NCBI GenBank assembly: GCA_041662525.1
Contig: JBAZSF010000001.1
Coordinates: forward strand, 105,383 to 169,382
Direction of reading: 5' to 3'
DNA: 64,000 bases
Source: Minisyncoccota bacterium
GTDB lineage: Bacteria; Patescibacteriota; Minisyncoccia; Phycocordibacterales; UBA9973
Shown here piece after piece: positions 45,571 to 55,001 of this stretch. Position 1 is the stretch's first letter. Each line of letters opens with the position of its first letter. Position numbers and translations under genes: made by a program. The notes beneath the pieces were generated by a model. The model saw only the letters and a list, made by a program, of their open reading frames with translations, searched no databases and was not told the origin of the DNA.

Positions 45571-46566
45571 ATGATAGAAATAGGATTATTTTTTTTGGTG
45601 ATATTAATGCTATTCCCATTCACAGCGTATTCACTCTCAACTCTTGATGTTTTTTTTACCCGCCTAGAAAGCGGTAGCATTAAGTTTATTAAAACTGGGG
45701 ATGGACTCCGGGAGATAATCTATAATACCCCTGGATACAAACTAGTGGATGGAAAATCTGGAATAAAAGAATTCCAGCCCACAGACGAAAAACAAAAACG
45801 TCCATGGTTGGGACTATACTGGATTGGGTTGCCACCTTTTGCAAAAGTGCATAAATTCAAAATAACAAAGGAGACCGAAAATCCAACGGGGAAAACACCA
45901 GAAGATTGGATTCTGGGAGGCAAAGAAGAGTTCATTGTAGATAGCCTTAGATTTATTTTTCCACGGCCTTATGTATTGAAGGCAGTGGAACTGAAAGACA
46001 GAACATCGGTTGATGTTCTGGTATTAGCGAAGTTTGAAGTTGTAAGACCTTTCGTTCCTGTTTTTTATTTCAAAGGCAAATTTTTTGAAAACGCGGGGGC
46101 TGACATTAGGGCCACTATAATAGACATTCTCAAGGAATATACTCTTGAGAAGTTTGTTACAGAAGCAAAAAAAGGAGAAGAGGGAGGGGTTCTTGCTGTA
46201 ATGAAAGAACCTAATGGAATTTTCAATAAAACCCTAATAGAGCAAGTTGGACTTCGTATTACTGGGATTTCGATCCCACAATACGACCCATCTGACAAAG
46301 CATTAAGGGAAGCTATGAACGCCCGGACTATTGCTAAAGAGCAGGGTCAGGCAATAATAGCAACAGCGAACGCAAACGCGGAAGCACAAGAGCGTCTTGC
46401 GATTGCTCAAAGAATTCAAATTAAAGAAATGGTTGAGGGCTTTGGTGGAGACACCAAAGCTACAGCAGAAGTTATGAGAGCACAAGCGCTCGCAGGAGGG
46501 AGTATAACAACACTGGTAGACGGTAAAGCGTCAGCTGTTGTGCCTGTAGGGGGTGAAAAATCATGA
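45571..46566 (+). CDS. SPFH/band-7 (stomatin/flotillin-like) membrane protein
   Basis: N-terminal TM, SPFH body, C-terminal Ala/Glu-rich coiled coil 'AKEQGQAIIATANANAEAQERLAIAQ'. Confidence 0.65.
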   Translation: MIEIGLFFLVILMLFPFTAYSLSTLDVFFTRLESGSIKFIKTGDGLREIIYNTPGYKLVDGKSGIKEFQPTDEKQKRPWLGLYWIGLPPFAKVHKFKITKETENPTGKTPEDWILGGKEEFIVDSLRFIFPRPYVLKAVELKDRTSVDVLVLAKFEVVRPFVPVFYFKGKFFENAGADIRATIIDILKEYTLEKFVTEAKKGEEGGVLAVMKEPNGIFNKTLIEQVGLRITGISIPQYDPSDKALREAMNARTIAKEQGQAIIATANANAEAQERLAIAQRIQIKEMVEGFGGDTKATAEVMRAQALAGGSITTLVDGKASAVVPVGGEKS

Positions 46567-47132
46567 TTCATCTGATTTGGATCATCCCGATAGGGATGAT
46601 AATATTTATCATCGCGTCCACTAAGTGGCGCCCACGAATTCCCAATATCCCGCACTTTCATTGGGGATGGCTTGTACCAATTGTGATAGTAGTAGTGGTT
46701 GTAGTTGGTTACTACCTCTACTCATCACATAAGGCAACAGCAAAAGTGGATAAAAAGCAAATGAAAAACGTCCTCGTGTGCAAAGACGAGGAGACCGAAA
46801 AGTGGGTGAAAATCCCACCAGGTTTTTACAAGGAAGGGGGTTCGGGAGAGTGTGTCGAGGGCACACCTCCGCCGCCTCCGGCACGGGCAACCAGAACTGC
46901 AGGAAAACATAAAACACTTTATGTTTTCCTGCCTGATGGGTGTATCACAAAACACCTTTCGGGAAATTGGGAAAGGTATCCCAAGGGAGGAGCAATAAAA
47001 TTCCTAAACTCCCAAGGGAAAGTAGTCTTGATTGACGAACCAGGTACTTATGTACCCTCGTCATTACCTGCAGGAGAGTACAAGATCTGCAAGGTAAGCC
47101 TCGATGCATGGGGCGTCGAGATCTGGGAATAA
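46563..47132 (+). CDS. Membrane protein translationally coupled (ATGA overlap) to the SPFH gene; candidate short NfeD-like partner
   Basis: 2 N-terminal TM helices, Pro-rich linker 'GTPPPPPARA', C-terminal beta-rich domain; GC content (~50%) clearly above genome average. Confidence 0.4.
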   Translation: MIHLIWIIPIGMIIFIIASTKWRPRIPNIPHFHWGWLVPIVIVVVVVVGYYLYSSHKATAKVDKKQMKNVLVCKDEETEKWVKIPPGFYKEGGSGECVEGTPPPPPARATRTAGKHKTLYVFLPDGCITKHLSGNWERYPKGGAIKFLNSQGKVVLIDEPGTYVPSSLPAGEYKICKVSLDAWGVEIWE

Positions 47133-47197
47133 AAACCGCCTGACCAGCGGAAAAGAGGCAAAAGGAGGTAAGGCCACAATCGCGCTGGCCACGCACA

Positions 47198-47231
47198 AAG
47201 GGCAGTCTCGTTTACGAGACTGCCCTTTCTT
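47198..47231. terminator. Strong bidirectional terminator (14-bp stem aaagggcagtctcg-ttta-cgagactgcccttt)
   Basis: Read directly, followed by a T-run. Confidence 0.65.
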
Positions 47232-47251
47232 AGTTCTTTTTAATTATTTGA

Positions 47252-47548
47252 TTACCTCAATTGCACTTTACTATTCTTTGGATCTATTTGATCTGATATT
47301 CCTAAAGTATTCAATACAATACTGAGAATAGTCCAAACTCCCATCATAATAGTAATACCGATAATTCCCCAGATCATATGACTTTTACCAGTTGTCTTTT
47401 TCTCTTCATTTTCTTGATTGGAAAGAAATTCAAACATTCCATAAAGAAAATACACAATAGCTAAAGCAAAAAGAAGTCCGATAAGTGGGTTTATGATCAT
47501 GTTATCAACATTCCGAATAAATTCATTTAAGCTAGTGGCTTGAAACAT
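47252..47548 (-). CDS. VirB2/TrbC-like (T4SS pilin-type) small membrane protein, no cleavable signal peptide
   Basis: Two hydrophobic helices separated by a charged loop 'SNQENEEKKTTGKSHMIWGIIGITIMMGVW'; same module as four neighbouring genes. Confidence 0.45.
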   Translation of the reverse strand: MFQATSLNEFIRNVDNMIINPLIGLLFALAIVYFLYGMFEFLSNQENEEKKTTGKSHMIWGIIGITIMMGVWTILSIVLNTLGISDQIDPKNSKVQLR

Positions 47549-47592
47549 AAACTATTTTTGTAGACAAAAAATCCATATTATAATTTAATTTA

Positions 47593-47976
47593 TTACTGTT
47601 GTATTGTCGGCAAAATAATACTTGAATCATTAGTCCCTGTAAGATTAAAAGTATTAGTTAAAATATTTACAAGCCCCCACAAAGCTACAATAACAGCTAA
47701 ACCAATAACGCCGTAAATTATTCTGTCTCTACCTTTTGACTTTGCTTCTTCATCATCAGAGATTACATAACTGACAACTCCCCACACAAAGAAAACTACT
47801 GCTAAAGCAATTAAAACTGGAACAACAGCATTAAGAAGCTGACCAATTTTACATAATACTCCTCCTAAATTTTCAATTGGTCCTGCATTACAAGTAGCAC
47901 CAGTAGTAGCTGCTAATGCAGCAATAGGCATAAAGCTTAAAACAAAACCTGACAATACAATTAATTTCTTTTTCAT
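47593..47976 (-). CDS. VirB2/TrbC-like pilin-type protein (signal peptide + 2 TM with charged loop)
   Basis: 'MKKKLIVLSGFVLSFMPIAALAA', two Cys in the mature N-terminus, 'VVFFVWGVVSYVISDDEEAKSKGRDRIIYGVIGLAVIVALWGLVNIL'. Confidence 0.5.
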   Translation of the reverse strand: MKKKLIVLSGFVLSFMPIAALAATTGATCNAGPIENLGGVLCKIGQLLNAVVPVLIALAVVFFVWGVVSYVISDDEEAKSKGRDRIIYGVIGLAVIVALWGLVNILTNTFNLTGTNDSSIILPTIQQ

Positions 47977-47978
47977 AA

Positions 47979-48040
47979 TTGATTTTACGAAATCATGTCG
48001 CGCAATCGTCCATTAAAGCGCGACTTAAACTAATAATAAA
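47979..48040. promoter_or_regulatory. Conserved 5' leader/promoter element of pilin-like genes, copy 1 (contains GTCGCGC...GCGCGAC inverted repeat ~25 nt upstream of ATG)
   Basis: ttgattttacgaaatcatgtcgcgcaatcgtccattaaagcgcgac... is ~90% identical to 49691-49755. Confidence 0.6.
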
Positions 48041-48107
48041 AGCGACCTTATAATAATAAACTAATAATGTTCTTTAATTATACCCCCTCCAAAAAATCAA
48101 AGCAAAT

Positions 48108-48917
48108 TTATTGAGGAGGAATAACTTTTGGAAGAACGTTCATGCCACTAATACCAAAAGTACTTCCCAATATTCCTACTAATCCCCAGACAGACAACAT
48201 CACTGCCAAGGCAATAATCCCCCAGATCATAAATTGCTTGCCTTGTTCCCTCTTTGCCTCTTCATCAGCATTAATAATAAAAAATTGCACTACACCCCAA
48301 ACAAACATCACGGTAGCTAAAGCAAAAATCAAAGGAATAATTGAATCATTGATAATTTTAGTGATATAACACAATACATCTTGAAATTTTGGTTCACCAG
48401 CGAGACTGCAAGTGGTGCCATTCCCCCCAGTCACAGCTAAAGTAGAAATAGATGGAGGAGTAGCGCCACTAAGACCGAAAGTATTTACGACAATATTCAC
48501 TAAACCCCACAAACCAACGACAACCGCAAAGCCGATAATACCGTAAATTATCCTGTCTTTCCCTTTTTCCTTTGCCGCTTCTTCGTCAGAGATGACGTAT
48601 TGCACTACCCCCCAGACAAAATAAACCACTCCCAAAGCAATCAAAACTGGAAGAATAGAATTTAGAAGTTGCTTTAATTGACATATTATTTTTCCAAGAC
48701 CAGTTAAAGCATTACAAGATGAAGACAATTGTCCTGATGGTATACATGGTTGATTTGTAGCTATATTAGTTATAGGATCCACGATACAAGATTCATTAGG
48801 ATTAGGTACAGAAGCGTGAATTCCAAAAATTGGAATAAATAACCCAAAAAGTATAACTAATATAGTAATACCAAAACTAAATTTAAATATTTTTTTCTTC
48901 ATAAATTTACAATGCAA
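48108..48917 (-). CDS. Tandem-fused double pilin-like protein (two VirB2-like modules in one polypeptide); start probably MKKKIF at 48902
   Basis: Module 1 '...VLIALGVVYFVWGVVQYVISDEEAAKEKGKDRIIYGIIGFAVVVGLWGLVNIV'; module 2 '...LIFALATVMFVWGVVQFFIINADEEAKREQGKQFMIWGIIALAVMLSVWGLVGIL'. Confidence 0.5.
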   Translation of the reverse strand: MHCKFMKKKIFKFSFGITILVILFGLFIPIFGIHASVPNPNESCIVDPITNIATNQPCIPSGQLSSSCNALTGLGKIICQLKQLLNSILPVLIALGVVYFVWGVVQYVISDEEAAKEKGKDRIIYGIIGFAVVVGLWGLVNIVVNTFGLSGATPPSISTLAVTGGNGTTCSLAGEPKFQDVLCYITKIINDSIIPLIFALATVMFVWGVVQFFIINADEEAKREQGKQFMIWGIIALAVMLSVWGLVGILGSTFGISGMNVLPKVIPPQ

Positions 48918-49272
48918 GCACTGTCGCTGATATCATTTTAGCGATAGCCCATGATCCTAATAATATTCCTGCACCGACTATAGTCCAAGTAAGAGCGTCT
49001 TTGGCTTTGGTAATTGCTTCTGGATTACCTCTCGCCGACACAAAAAGAAAACCACAGTAAATAATAGCTAGAGCTATGATAGGTATGCTGATTTTTAGCG
49101 CACCTTCTAAGATAGTTTGAATAAGGCCTGGAATTGAAGTAAAACGACCTTCTCCTAATGGATTAACAATTTTGCCTTGAGTAGGATCAGAATTGGGACC
49201 ATCAGCAAAAGAAATAATAGGAACGATAAACACATAAACAATTAAAACTAATTTCTGCCAATTTTTTTTCAT
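48907..49272 (-). CDS. VirB2/TrbC-like pilin-type protein (start trimmed to MKKNWQKL signal peptide)
   Basis: 'MKKNWQKLVLIVYVFIVPIISFA' then 'IPIIALAIIYCGFLFVSARGNPEAITKAKDALTWTIVGAGILLGSWAIAKMI'. Confidence 0.5.
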   Translation of the reverse strand: MKKNWQKLVLIVYVFIVPIISFADGPNSDPTQGKIVNPLGEGRFTSIPGLIQTILEGALKISIPIIALAIIYCGFLFVSARGNPEAITKAKDALTWTIVGAGILLGSWAIAKMISATVLAL

Positions 49273-49288
49273 AAAATTTATAATTATA

Positions 49289-49690
49289 TTATATACCATC
49301 TGATAAAGGATTAAAACCAAGCCAACTACCTTCATAACCCAAGATTGATAATACTGTCCGAATAATTAAAAAAGCAGCTACCGCGATGATCAACCCAAAG
49401 ACTGCATTAAAAAAGATACCTTTTGCTTTTGTTCTAGCGCCTGCTACCTCCCCACCTGCTGTTATTAAAAGAAAACCAGCATAAGCAAACATTATAGCTG
49501 CTATAGGTATAACCAGATTAAAAAGAATAAAATGAATGACTTTATTTATTAGTGCCATAAAGGCATTAAAGTCACAAAGTTTTTCAGCTGAATTATCACA
49601 GGGAACTAAACCATCTGCTAAAGAAAGAGCTGGCACGATAAGAATTAAAAATATTAAGATTGAGATTATAATTTTTTTTGTTTTTTGCAT
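49289..49690 (-). CDS. VirB2/TrbC-like pilin-type protein
   Basis: Signal peptide 'ILIFLILIVPALSLA', 2 Cys, 'IPIAAIMFAYAGFLLITAGGEVAGARTKAKGIFFNAVFGLIIAVAAFLII'. Confidence 0.5.
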   Translation of the reverse strand: MQKTKKIIISILIFLILIVPALSLADGLVPCDNSAEKLCDFNAFMALINKVIHFILFNLVIPIAAIMFAYAGFLLITAGGEVAGARTKAKGIFFNAVFGLIIAVAAFLIIRTVLSILGYEGSWLGFNPLSDGI

Positions 49691-49755
49691 TTGATTTTAC
49701 GAAATCATGTCGCGCAATCGTCCACTAAAGCGTGACGCTATTTAAATAATAAAAG
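49691..49755. promoter_or_regulatory. Conserved 5' leader/promoter element of pilin-like genes, copy 2 (overlaps 3' end of the solute-binding-protein gene)
   Basis: ttgattttacgaaatcatgtcgcgcaatcgtccactaaagcgtgacg... matches 47979-48040. Confidence 0.6.
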
Positions 49756-51024
49756 ACTCAATTTGGTGTTTGCATCTTTGATCGCATCTGCTACCGACAT
49801 ATTGTTAGAAATCACTGCATTGATCATTTCACTAAAAATAGTATCAGTATTTTTAGATGCTGGGTCAAGCCAACTCTTTGCATATAGTGCTGAATCGTAA
49901 AAAATAGGAGAGTATGCATCTTGTGGTTTAATAGCAAGCAAATCTCTGCGTGCGGGAGGCATACCTGTTACCGTCGAAAATTTTGAAGCAAAATCCCCCG
50001 TAGCCATCAAGCTCGCAGCGAGAAAAGCTGTGCTGATATTTTTAGAAAAAGAAGAAATAGCAACTCCGGTCACTCTGGCTCCAGTTACTTTAGCAGTAGA
50101 ATTCTTAATTTGAGGCATAGGGGCAACAAAGAAATTTTGATTAGGATTTCTTTTTACCATAGATTGAAGTTCAGATGCATATCCAAAGTAGAAAGCTAAA
50201 TCCTCCCTTGAAAAAGCGTCATTGGAATTTGGGAAAGATCTATTCCAGGAATACACTGCATTGTTTGGATTGGCAAAATCTGTATAGAATTTTAACATTG
50301 AAGGAAGGTTAAAGCTTCCAATAGACGAACCTAAAGTCGAACTCAAAACTCCATCTTTTTCTTTTACTATAGGGTTACCTGCCTGCATAAAAAGAGTAGC
50401 GAGTATGTCTTTGAAATGAACTATGTTTGAAGAATATCCAAATGCTAATGCGCTTTTTGTTATTTTGTTTGAATCATCTTTTTTGGTAAGAGTAGGCACG
50501 ATATTTACCATCTCTTCCCAAGAAGATGGAGGATAAATAATTCCATTTGCATCAAGGATGCTCCTATTGTAATACATCATAAGCGGATCAATAGAGATTG
50601 GGAAAGCTAAAATACCGCTACCAGTTAGAAACACTTCTCCCGCGCCTGCAAAATTATTCTTAAATGAGGTCAAAGAATAACTCTGATACGGAATAGTAAA
50701 AATTTTATTAGTGTAATGAAAAACTAAATCATCAGACAAGAAAAACATATCTGGTCCTGTCCCAGAAGCAGAAGCTTCTAGTAGGTCTTGGTCAAAAGTG
50801 TCGGCAGATTTTTGTACATAAGTGACAACAAAAGTAGGATTAGCATTATTAAAATCCCTCATTACGTTAGATATTGTTGCATTTGGTACTGTTCCCCATA
50901 AAACTACTTTACCGAGACTCCCTGTACTAGTCTTCCCGACTGGGATTGCGCCAGAAAAAACCAAAACACCCAAAATAGCTGCAGCAATAAATATAACCAA
51001 AAAGATTATTTGAAAATTCTTCAT
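49738..51024 (-). CDS. Extracellular solute-binding protein (ABC-transporter SBP family 1-like), N-terminally membrane-anchored
   Basis: N-terminal TM 'IIFLVIFIAAAILGVLVF', 428 aa; weak family-level call. Confidence 0.45.
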   Translation of the reverse strand: MKNFQIIFLVIFIAAAILGVLVFSGAIPVGKTSTGSLGKVVLWGTVPNATISNVMRDFNNANPTFVVTYVQKSADTFDQDLLEASASGTGPDMFFLSDDLVFHYTNKIFTIPYQSYSLTSFKNNFAGAGEVFLTGSGILAFPISIDPLMMYYNRSILDANGIIYPPSSWEEMVNIVPTLTKKDDSNKITKSALAFGYSSNIVHFKDILATLFMQAGNPIVKEKDGVLSSTLGSSIGSFNLPSMLKFYTDFANPNNAVYSWNRSFPNSNDAFSREDLAFYFGYASELQSMVKRNPNQNFFVAPMPQIKNSTAKVTGARVTGVAISSFSKNISTAFLAASLMATGDFASKFSTVTGMPPARRDLLAIKPQDAYSPIFYDSALYAKSWLDPASKNTDTIFSEMINAVISNNMSVADAIKDANTKLSLLLFK

Positions 51025-51536
51025 TCCTTAATTAATATCATACCATAATGATGCTCTCCTGCATCAATTTCTCTATCCACAACAAAACCTTTTTTCTGAA
51101 ACATCTCTAAGGATTTATCTTTAGAGATAATAGTAGTGCCACTCATGATCGAAGACTCGGACCAGTCAATCAACAATATTTTCCCTTTTGGTTTCAATAT
51201 TCTTTTTATCTCTTCAATAAACTTTTCTTTATTTTCCACTTGAAAAAGTATATTTGAAGCGATAACTGCATCTGCTATGCCATCACCGATTTTTGTCCCA
51301 CCCAGCTTCTCCACATCTCCTAAAATAATTTCAACATTATCTAGATGGAGCTCCGATATTTTTCTTTTAATAGTATCTAAAAAATCTTTTTGTAATTCAA
51401 CTGCATACACTTTTCCTTTTGGTACAAGCTCTCCCAGTGCAACAGAGTAATACCCAGTCCCCGCTCCTAAATCCGCCACGATACTATCCTCTCTTAATCC
51501 AAAAGCTTTTAAATTTTTTACAGGATTAGTGAACAT
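51021..51536 (-). CDS. Class I SAM-dependent methyltransferase
   Basis: Motif I 'VADLGAGTGYYSVAL', acidic motif II 'YAVELQ', 171 aa. Confidence 0.7.
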   Translation of the reverse strand: MFTNPVKNLKAFGLREDSIVADLGAGTGYYSVALGELVPKGKVYAVELQKDFLDTIKRKISELHLDNVEIILGDVEKLGGTKIGDGIADAVIASNILFQVENKEKFIEEIKRILKPKGKILLIDWSESSIMSGTTIISKDKSLEMFQKKGFVVDREIDAGEHHYGMILIKE

Positions 51537-51545
51537 GATTGTATT

Positions 51546-54020
51546 TTAAACACAAGCCAAAGAAGCAATGCCGTCGCCAGCGCGCAAACGCATTATCGTC
51601 ACCCCTTGAGTCTGGCGACCAAGAGAGGAAATATCTTTTAAGGCTGTCCTGATAACTTGCCCTTTTTTAGACATGGCGATTAATTCCACTTCTTCTCCCG
51701 TTAAAACTTTTGCCACAATGAGTTTACCGGTTTTAGAAGTTACTTTGGCCGTTTTCACACCCGAACCACCACGTTTTTGTACTTTATATTCTTTTAAGCT
51801 TGTCTTTTTACCAAAACCATTTGCACTCATTGTAAGAAATGCACCTGTCTCGCCACCTTTTTTCTGACTATTCTTTATGACATCAACCCCTATTACTTCG
51901 TCAGCTTTACTAAGTCTAATACCACTGACCCCTCCAGCCGTCCTGCCCATTTCACGTACATCAGACTCTTTAAATCTAATTGATTGGCCATTCGTCGTGG
52001 CAATCATGACTTCATCACCTTTCTCTACGGAAAGTGCTGAAATGAGTTGATCGTCTTTATCTAGACGAATAGCTATGATACCGCTCCTACGTACATCTTT
52101 GAAACTTTCAGAAGACATTTTTTTTGCTGTACCATTTTTAGTAACCAGCATAAGTGAAGAAGAAGTTTTAGTTAAATCTTTCGGCATGGCAAGAATTGAG
52201 GTCACTTTTTCCTCTCCAGAAAGCGCCAAAAAATTCATTATTGATTTCCCCTTAGTTGCTCTACGGCCTTCAGGGATATCATACATTTTCATTTGATAAA
52301 CTTTACCAAGGTTTGTAAAGAAAAGCAGATTGCTATGAGTAGAACCAGAAACAAGCATCGTGACAAAATCTTCTTCCTTGGTTTCAAGATCAACCACTCC
52401 GACTCCTCCTCTTTTTTGAGCGCGATATTCAGATGGGTCTGTGCATTTTACATACCCTCCAGCTGTGAGCACGAGCATTGTCTCTTTTTCTGGAATCAAA
52501 TCCTCATCAGAAATTTCTTTCACTCCGCCTTTGACTATCCTCGTTCGACGTTCATCTGCATATTTCTCTCGGATTTCTTTTAATTCATCAGCGATCACTT
52601 TTAATATTTTTTTTGAACTAGAAAGCAAATCTTTCATTGATGCAATAAATTTTTGTTTTTCGGCAAGCTCGTCTTCCACTGCTTTTCTCTCCAGTCCGGC
52701 CAATTTGGCCAATTTCATTTCCAAAATAGCAGTCGCCTGTAAATCTGAAAATTTAAATTCTTTTATTAAATTTAATTTAGCAATTTGAGAATTCTTGGAT
52801 CCACGGATAATAGTAATAACACGATCTATCTTGTCTAATGCTTTTTTCAAGCCAAGTAAAATATGTTCACGCTCCTCGGCTTTTCTCAGATCATAAGCAG
52901 TCCTTCTTTTTACAACCTCTTTTCTATGCTCGATAAATAAAGCTAAGATGGATTTCAAGGACAAAGTTTGCGGTACTCCATCCACCAAAGCAACCATATT
53001 AAAATTGAAATTGGATTCGAGTTGAGTATTTTTATAAATATAATTTAAAACTTTTTCAGGATGAGCGCTTGGTTTTAAATCAATCACTACCCTAATATCT
53101 TTTGTAGACTCATCCCGAAGCCCCTTGATACCTTCAAGCTTTTTTTCTTGAACTAATTCTGCAATACTGATTATTAAATTAGCTTTATTTACCCTAAAAG
53201 GAATAGAAGTAATGATGATAGAAAAATTACCATCTTTTTGTTCTACTATTTCCGCTTCACCTCGACAGACTACTCCACCCCTACCTGATCCGTATGCGTG
53301 AAGCATGTCTTTGTATCCATAAGCAATTCCACCAGTCGGAAAATCTGGACCTTTGACAAATTGCATTAGATCTTCAGTCGTCGCATCACTGTTTTCGATT
53401 AAATAATTTGTCGCATCTAAAATTTCTGCCAAGTTGTGCGAAGGAATATTTGTCGCCATACCGACAGCGATACCGAGCGTACCGTTCAAAAGTAAAGCCG
53501 GAACAGCTGACGGTAAGACTATTGGCTCTTTGCGAGTTTGATCATAGTTTGGACGAAAATCGACAGTTTCTTTTTCTAAATCTCTTAACAATTCGTTTGA
53601 AATCTTCATCATCTTTGCCTCCGTATAACGCATAGCAGCTGCATTATCTCCATCGATGGAACCAAAGTTCCCTTGTCCCCAAATCAAAGGGTAACGATAA
53701 GAAAATTCTTGCGCCATGCCAACCATCGTATCGTAAACAGCCGTATCTCCGTGTGGATGATATTTTCCGAGCACATCTCCGACAATCGCGGCTGACTTTC
53801 TAAAACGTGCCGAGGAAGTAAGCCCCATTTCGTTCATACCAAATAAAATCCTGCGATGCACAGGCTTTAAACCATCTCGGACATCTGGTAAAGCACGGGA
53901 AGTAATAACCGTCATAGCATAGGCGATATAAGATTCTTTCATTTCCGCTACGATATCAATGGGCAGAATTGTATCTGTTTTTATTTCTTCATTTGATTCT
54001 GATGTAGATTTTTTTGCCAT
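51546..54020 (-). CDS. gyrA: DNA gyrase subunit A
   Basis: '[27 protein letters not shown]' catalytic-Tyr region, C-terminal beta-pinwheel repeats, 824 aa. Confidence 0.95.
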   Translation of the reverse strand: MAKKSTSESNEEIKTDTILPIDIVAEMKESYIAYAMTVITSRALPDVRDGLKPVHRRILFGMNEMGLTSSARFRKSAAIVGDVLGKYHPHGDTAVYDTMVGMAQEFSYRYPLIWGQGNFGSIDGDNAAAMRYTEAKMMKISNELLRDLEKETVDFRPNYDQTRKEPIVLPSAVPALLLNGTLGIAVGMATNIPSHNLAEILDATNYLIENSDATTEDLMQFVKGPDFPTGGIAYGYKDMLHAYGSGRGGVVCRGEAEIVEQKDGNFSIIITSIPFRVNKANLIISIAELVQEKKLEGIKGLRDESTKDIRVVIDLKPSAHPEKVLNYIYKNTQLESNFNFNMVALVDGVPQTLSLKSILALFIEHRKEVVKRRTAYDLRKAEEREHILLGLKKALDKIDRVITIIRGSKNSQIAKLNLIKEFKFSDLQATAILEMKLAKLAGLERKAVEDELAEKQKFIASMKDLLSSSKKILKVIADELKEIREKYADERRTRIVKGGVKEISDEDLIPEKETMLVLTAGGYVKCTDPSEYRAQKRGGVGVVDLETKEEDFVTMLVSGSTHSNLLFFTNLGKVYQMKMYDIPEGRRATKGKSIMNFLALSGEEKVTSILAMPKDLTKTSSSLMLVTKNGTAKKMSSESFKDVRRSGIIAIRLDKDDQLISALSVEKGDEVMIATTNGQSIRFKESDVREMGRTAGGVSGIRLSKADEVIGVDVIKNSQKKGGETGAFLTMSANGFGKKTSLKEYKVQKRGGSGVKTAKVTSKTGKLIVAKVLTGEEVELIAMSKKGQVIRTALKDISSLGRQTQGVTIMRLRAGDGIASLACV

Positions 54021-54021
54021 C

Positions 54022-54231
54022 TTATTGCCCAGTTAGATTATCTTTTAATATAGAAAGTGGTTTTAAATCCTGACTTATTTTTGCTCGAGTGTCTATATTC
54101 GTCAAAGTTGTTCCTAGAGAATAAATCCAAAACAAAAATAAAATAACTGCGCAGATGATTATGGCAATATGTAAAATATGTCTCTTGATGTGTTCAGGCT
54201 GTTTTCTAATATGATGAATCGCTTTTCTCAT
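54022..54231 (-). CDS. Small hypothetical membrane protein
   Basis: 69 aa, one TM, tightly packed between gyrA and the MBL hydrolase gene. Confidence 0.35.
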   Translation of the reverse strand: MRKAIHHIRKQPEHIKRHILHIAIIICAVILFLFWIYSLGTTLTNIDTRAKISQDLKPLSILKDNLTGQ

Positions 54232-54878
54232 GTTGTTTTTAATATTATTACTTCTCCTTCTTTGTTGTCTAAATCTTTTCTCTTTAGGGTTAATTTATCT
54301 ACTACCTCCGCTTTTTCTTCTCCTATTTCTTTCAAAAATACTTTCAATGTATTCTCATCATAATCCATTGGAATTATTAATTTCGGCTCAAGTGATGATG
54401 CTAGCTTGGCTGCAGTTTTAGCGTCTAGTAAACCTGTCTCCTTTCCACCTATTGGAATAAAAAGAATGTCTGGACTACTTAATGCTTCACGTGATTCTTT
54501 AGATAATTCTCCTTCAGACAACGCTCCTAAAAATAAAATATCAATATTATCAACCGACAAAGAATAAATAGTATTAATGTGTTTTTTACCGGCAATCAAT
54601 GAATGCGACAAAAGTCCTTTAATAAAAATTTCTTTTATTTCGTAATCCCCTGGTCCATTAATAACAAAAGGAGCTCGCTCGCCATGGCTCAGTTGTTCAA
54701 TTCCATTATAATCAGGATGGTTTGTAGTTACTAAAGCAATATCTGCACCAAAGTGTGCTCCCATGCCATTTTTAGAACTCTTGCTCTCTTTGCTTATGGG
54801 ATTAAAAGCGAGAACCATCTCGCCTTGTTGTATTTTAAAAAATTGTTTACCGAAATATGTGATTATCATTATTTGCAT
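54228..54878 (-). CDS. Metallo-beta-lactamase-fold hydrolase (UPF0173-like)
   Basis: MBL-type motifs 'HFGADIALVTTNHPDYNG', 'ILFIPIGG'; 216 aa. Confidence 0.6.
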   Translation of the reverse strand: MQIMIITYFGKQFFKIQQGEMVLAFNPISKESKSSKNGMGAHFGADIALVTTNHPDYNGIEQLSHGERAPFVINGPGDYEIKEIFIKGLLSHSLIAGKKHINTIYSLSVDNIDILFLGALSEGELSKESREALSSPDILFIPIGGKETGLLDAKTAAKLASSLEPKLIIPMDYDENTLKVFLKEIGEEKAEVVDKLTLKRKDLDNKEGEVIILKTT

Positions 54879-55001
54879 TCTAGCATATTTTTTGTTAGAG
54901 TAAAAGTATTAAAAGCAGTATTTAGGGTAACCCTATTGAGTGTAAGTCCCTCCTTAGAACCTAAACCTTATATCCGCTTTAAGGCGGATGTTTTAATTAT
55001 T

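Noticed and set aside
46303-47196. Five overlapping ORFs (60-98 aa) on the minus strand within the SPFH-partner region
   Set aside because: They arise from locally elevated GC (fewer random stops), are in multiple frames antisense to a coherent plus-strand gene, and show no motifs.
54753-55001. 5' extension of the S1 ORF as given in the track (start 54753)
   Set aside because: Would overlap the divergently transcribed MBL-hydrolase gene by >120 nt and adds non-S1-like sequence; the internal ATG at 55002 preceded by a hairpin is the plausible start.
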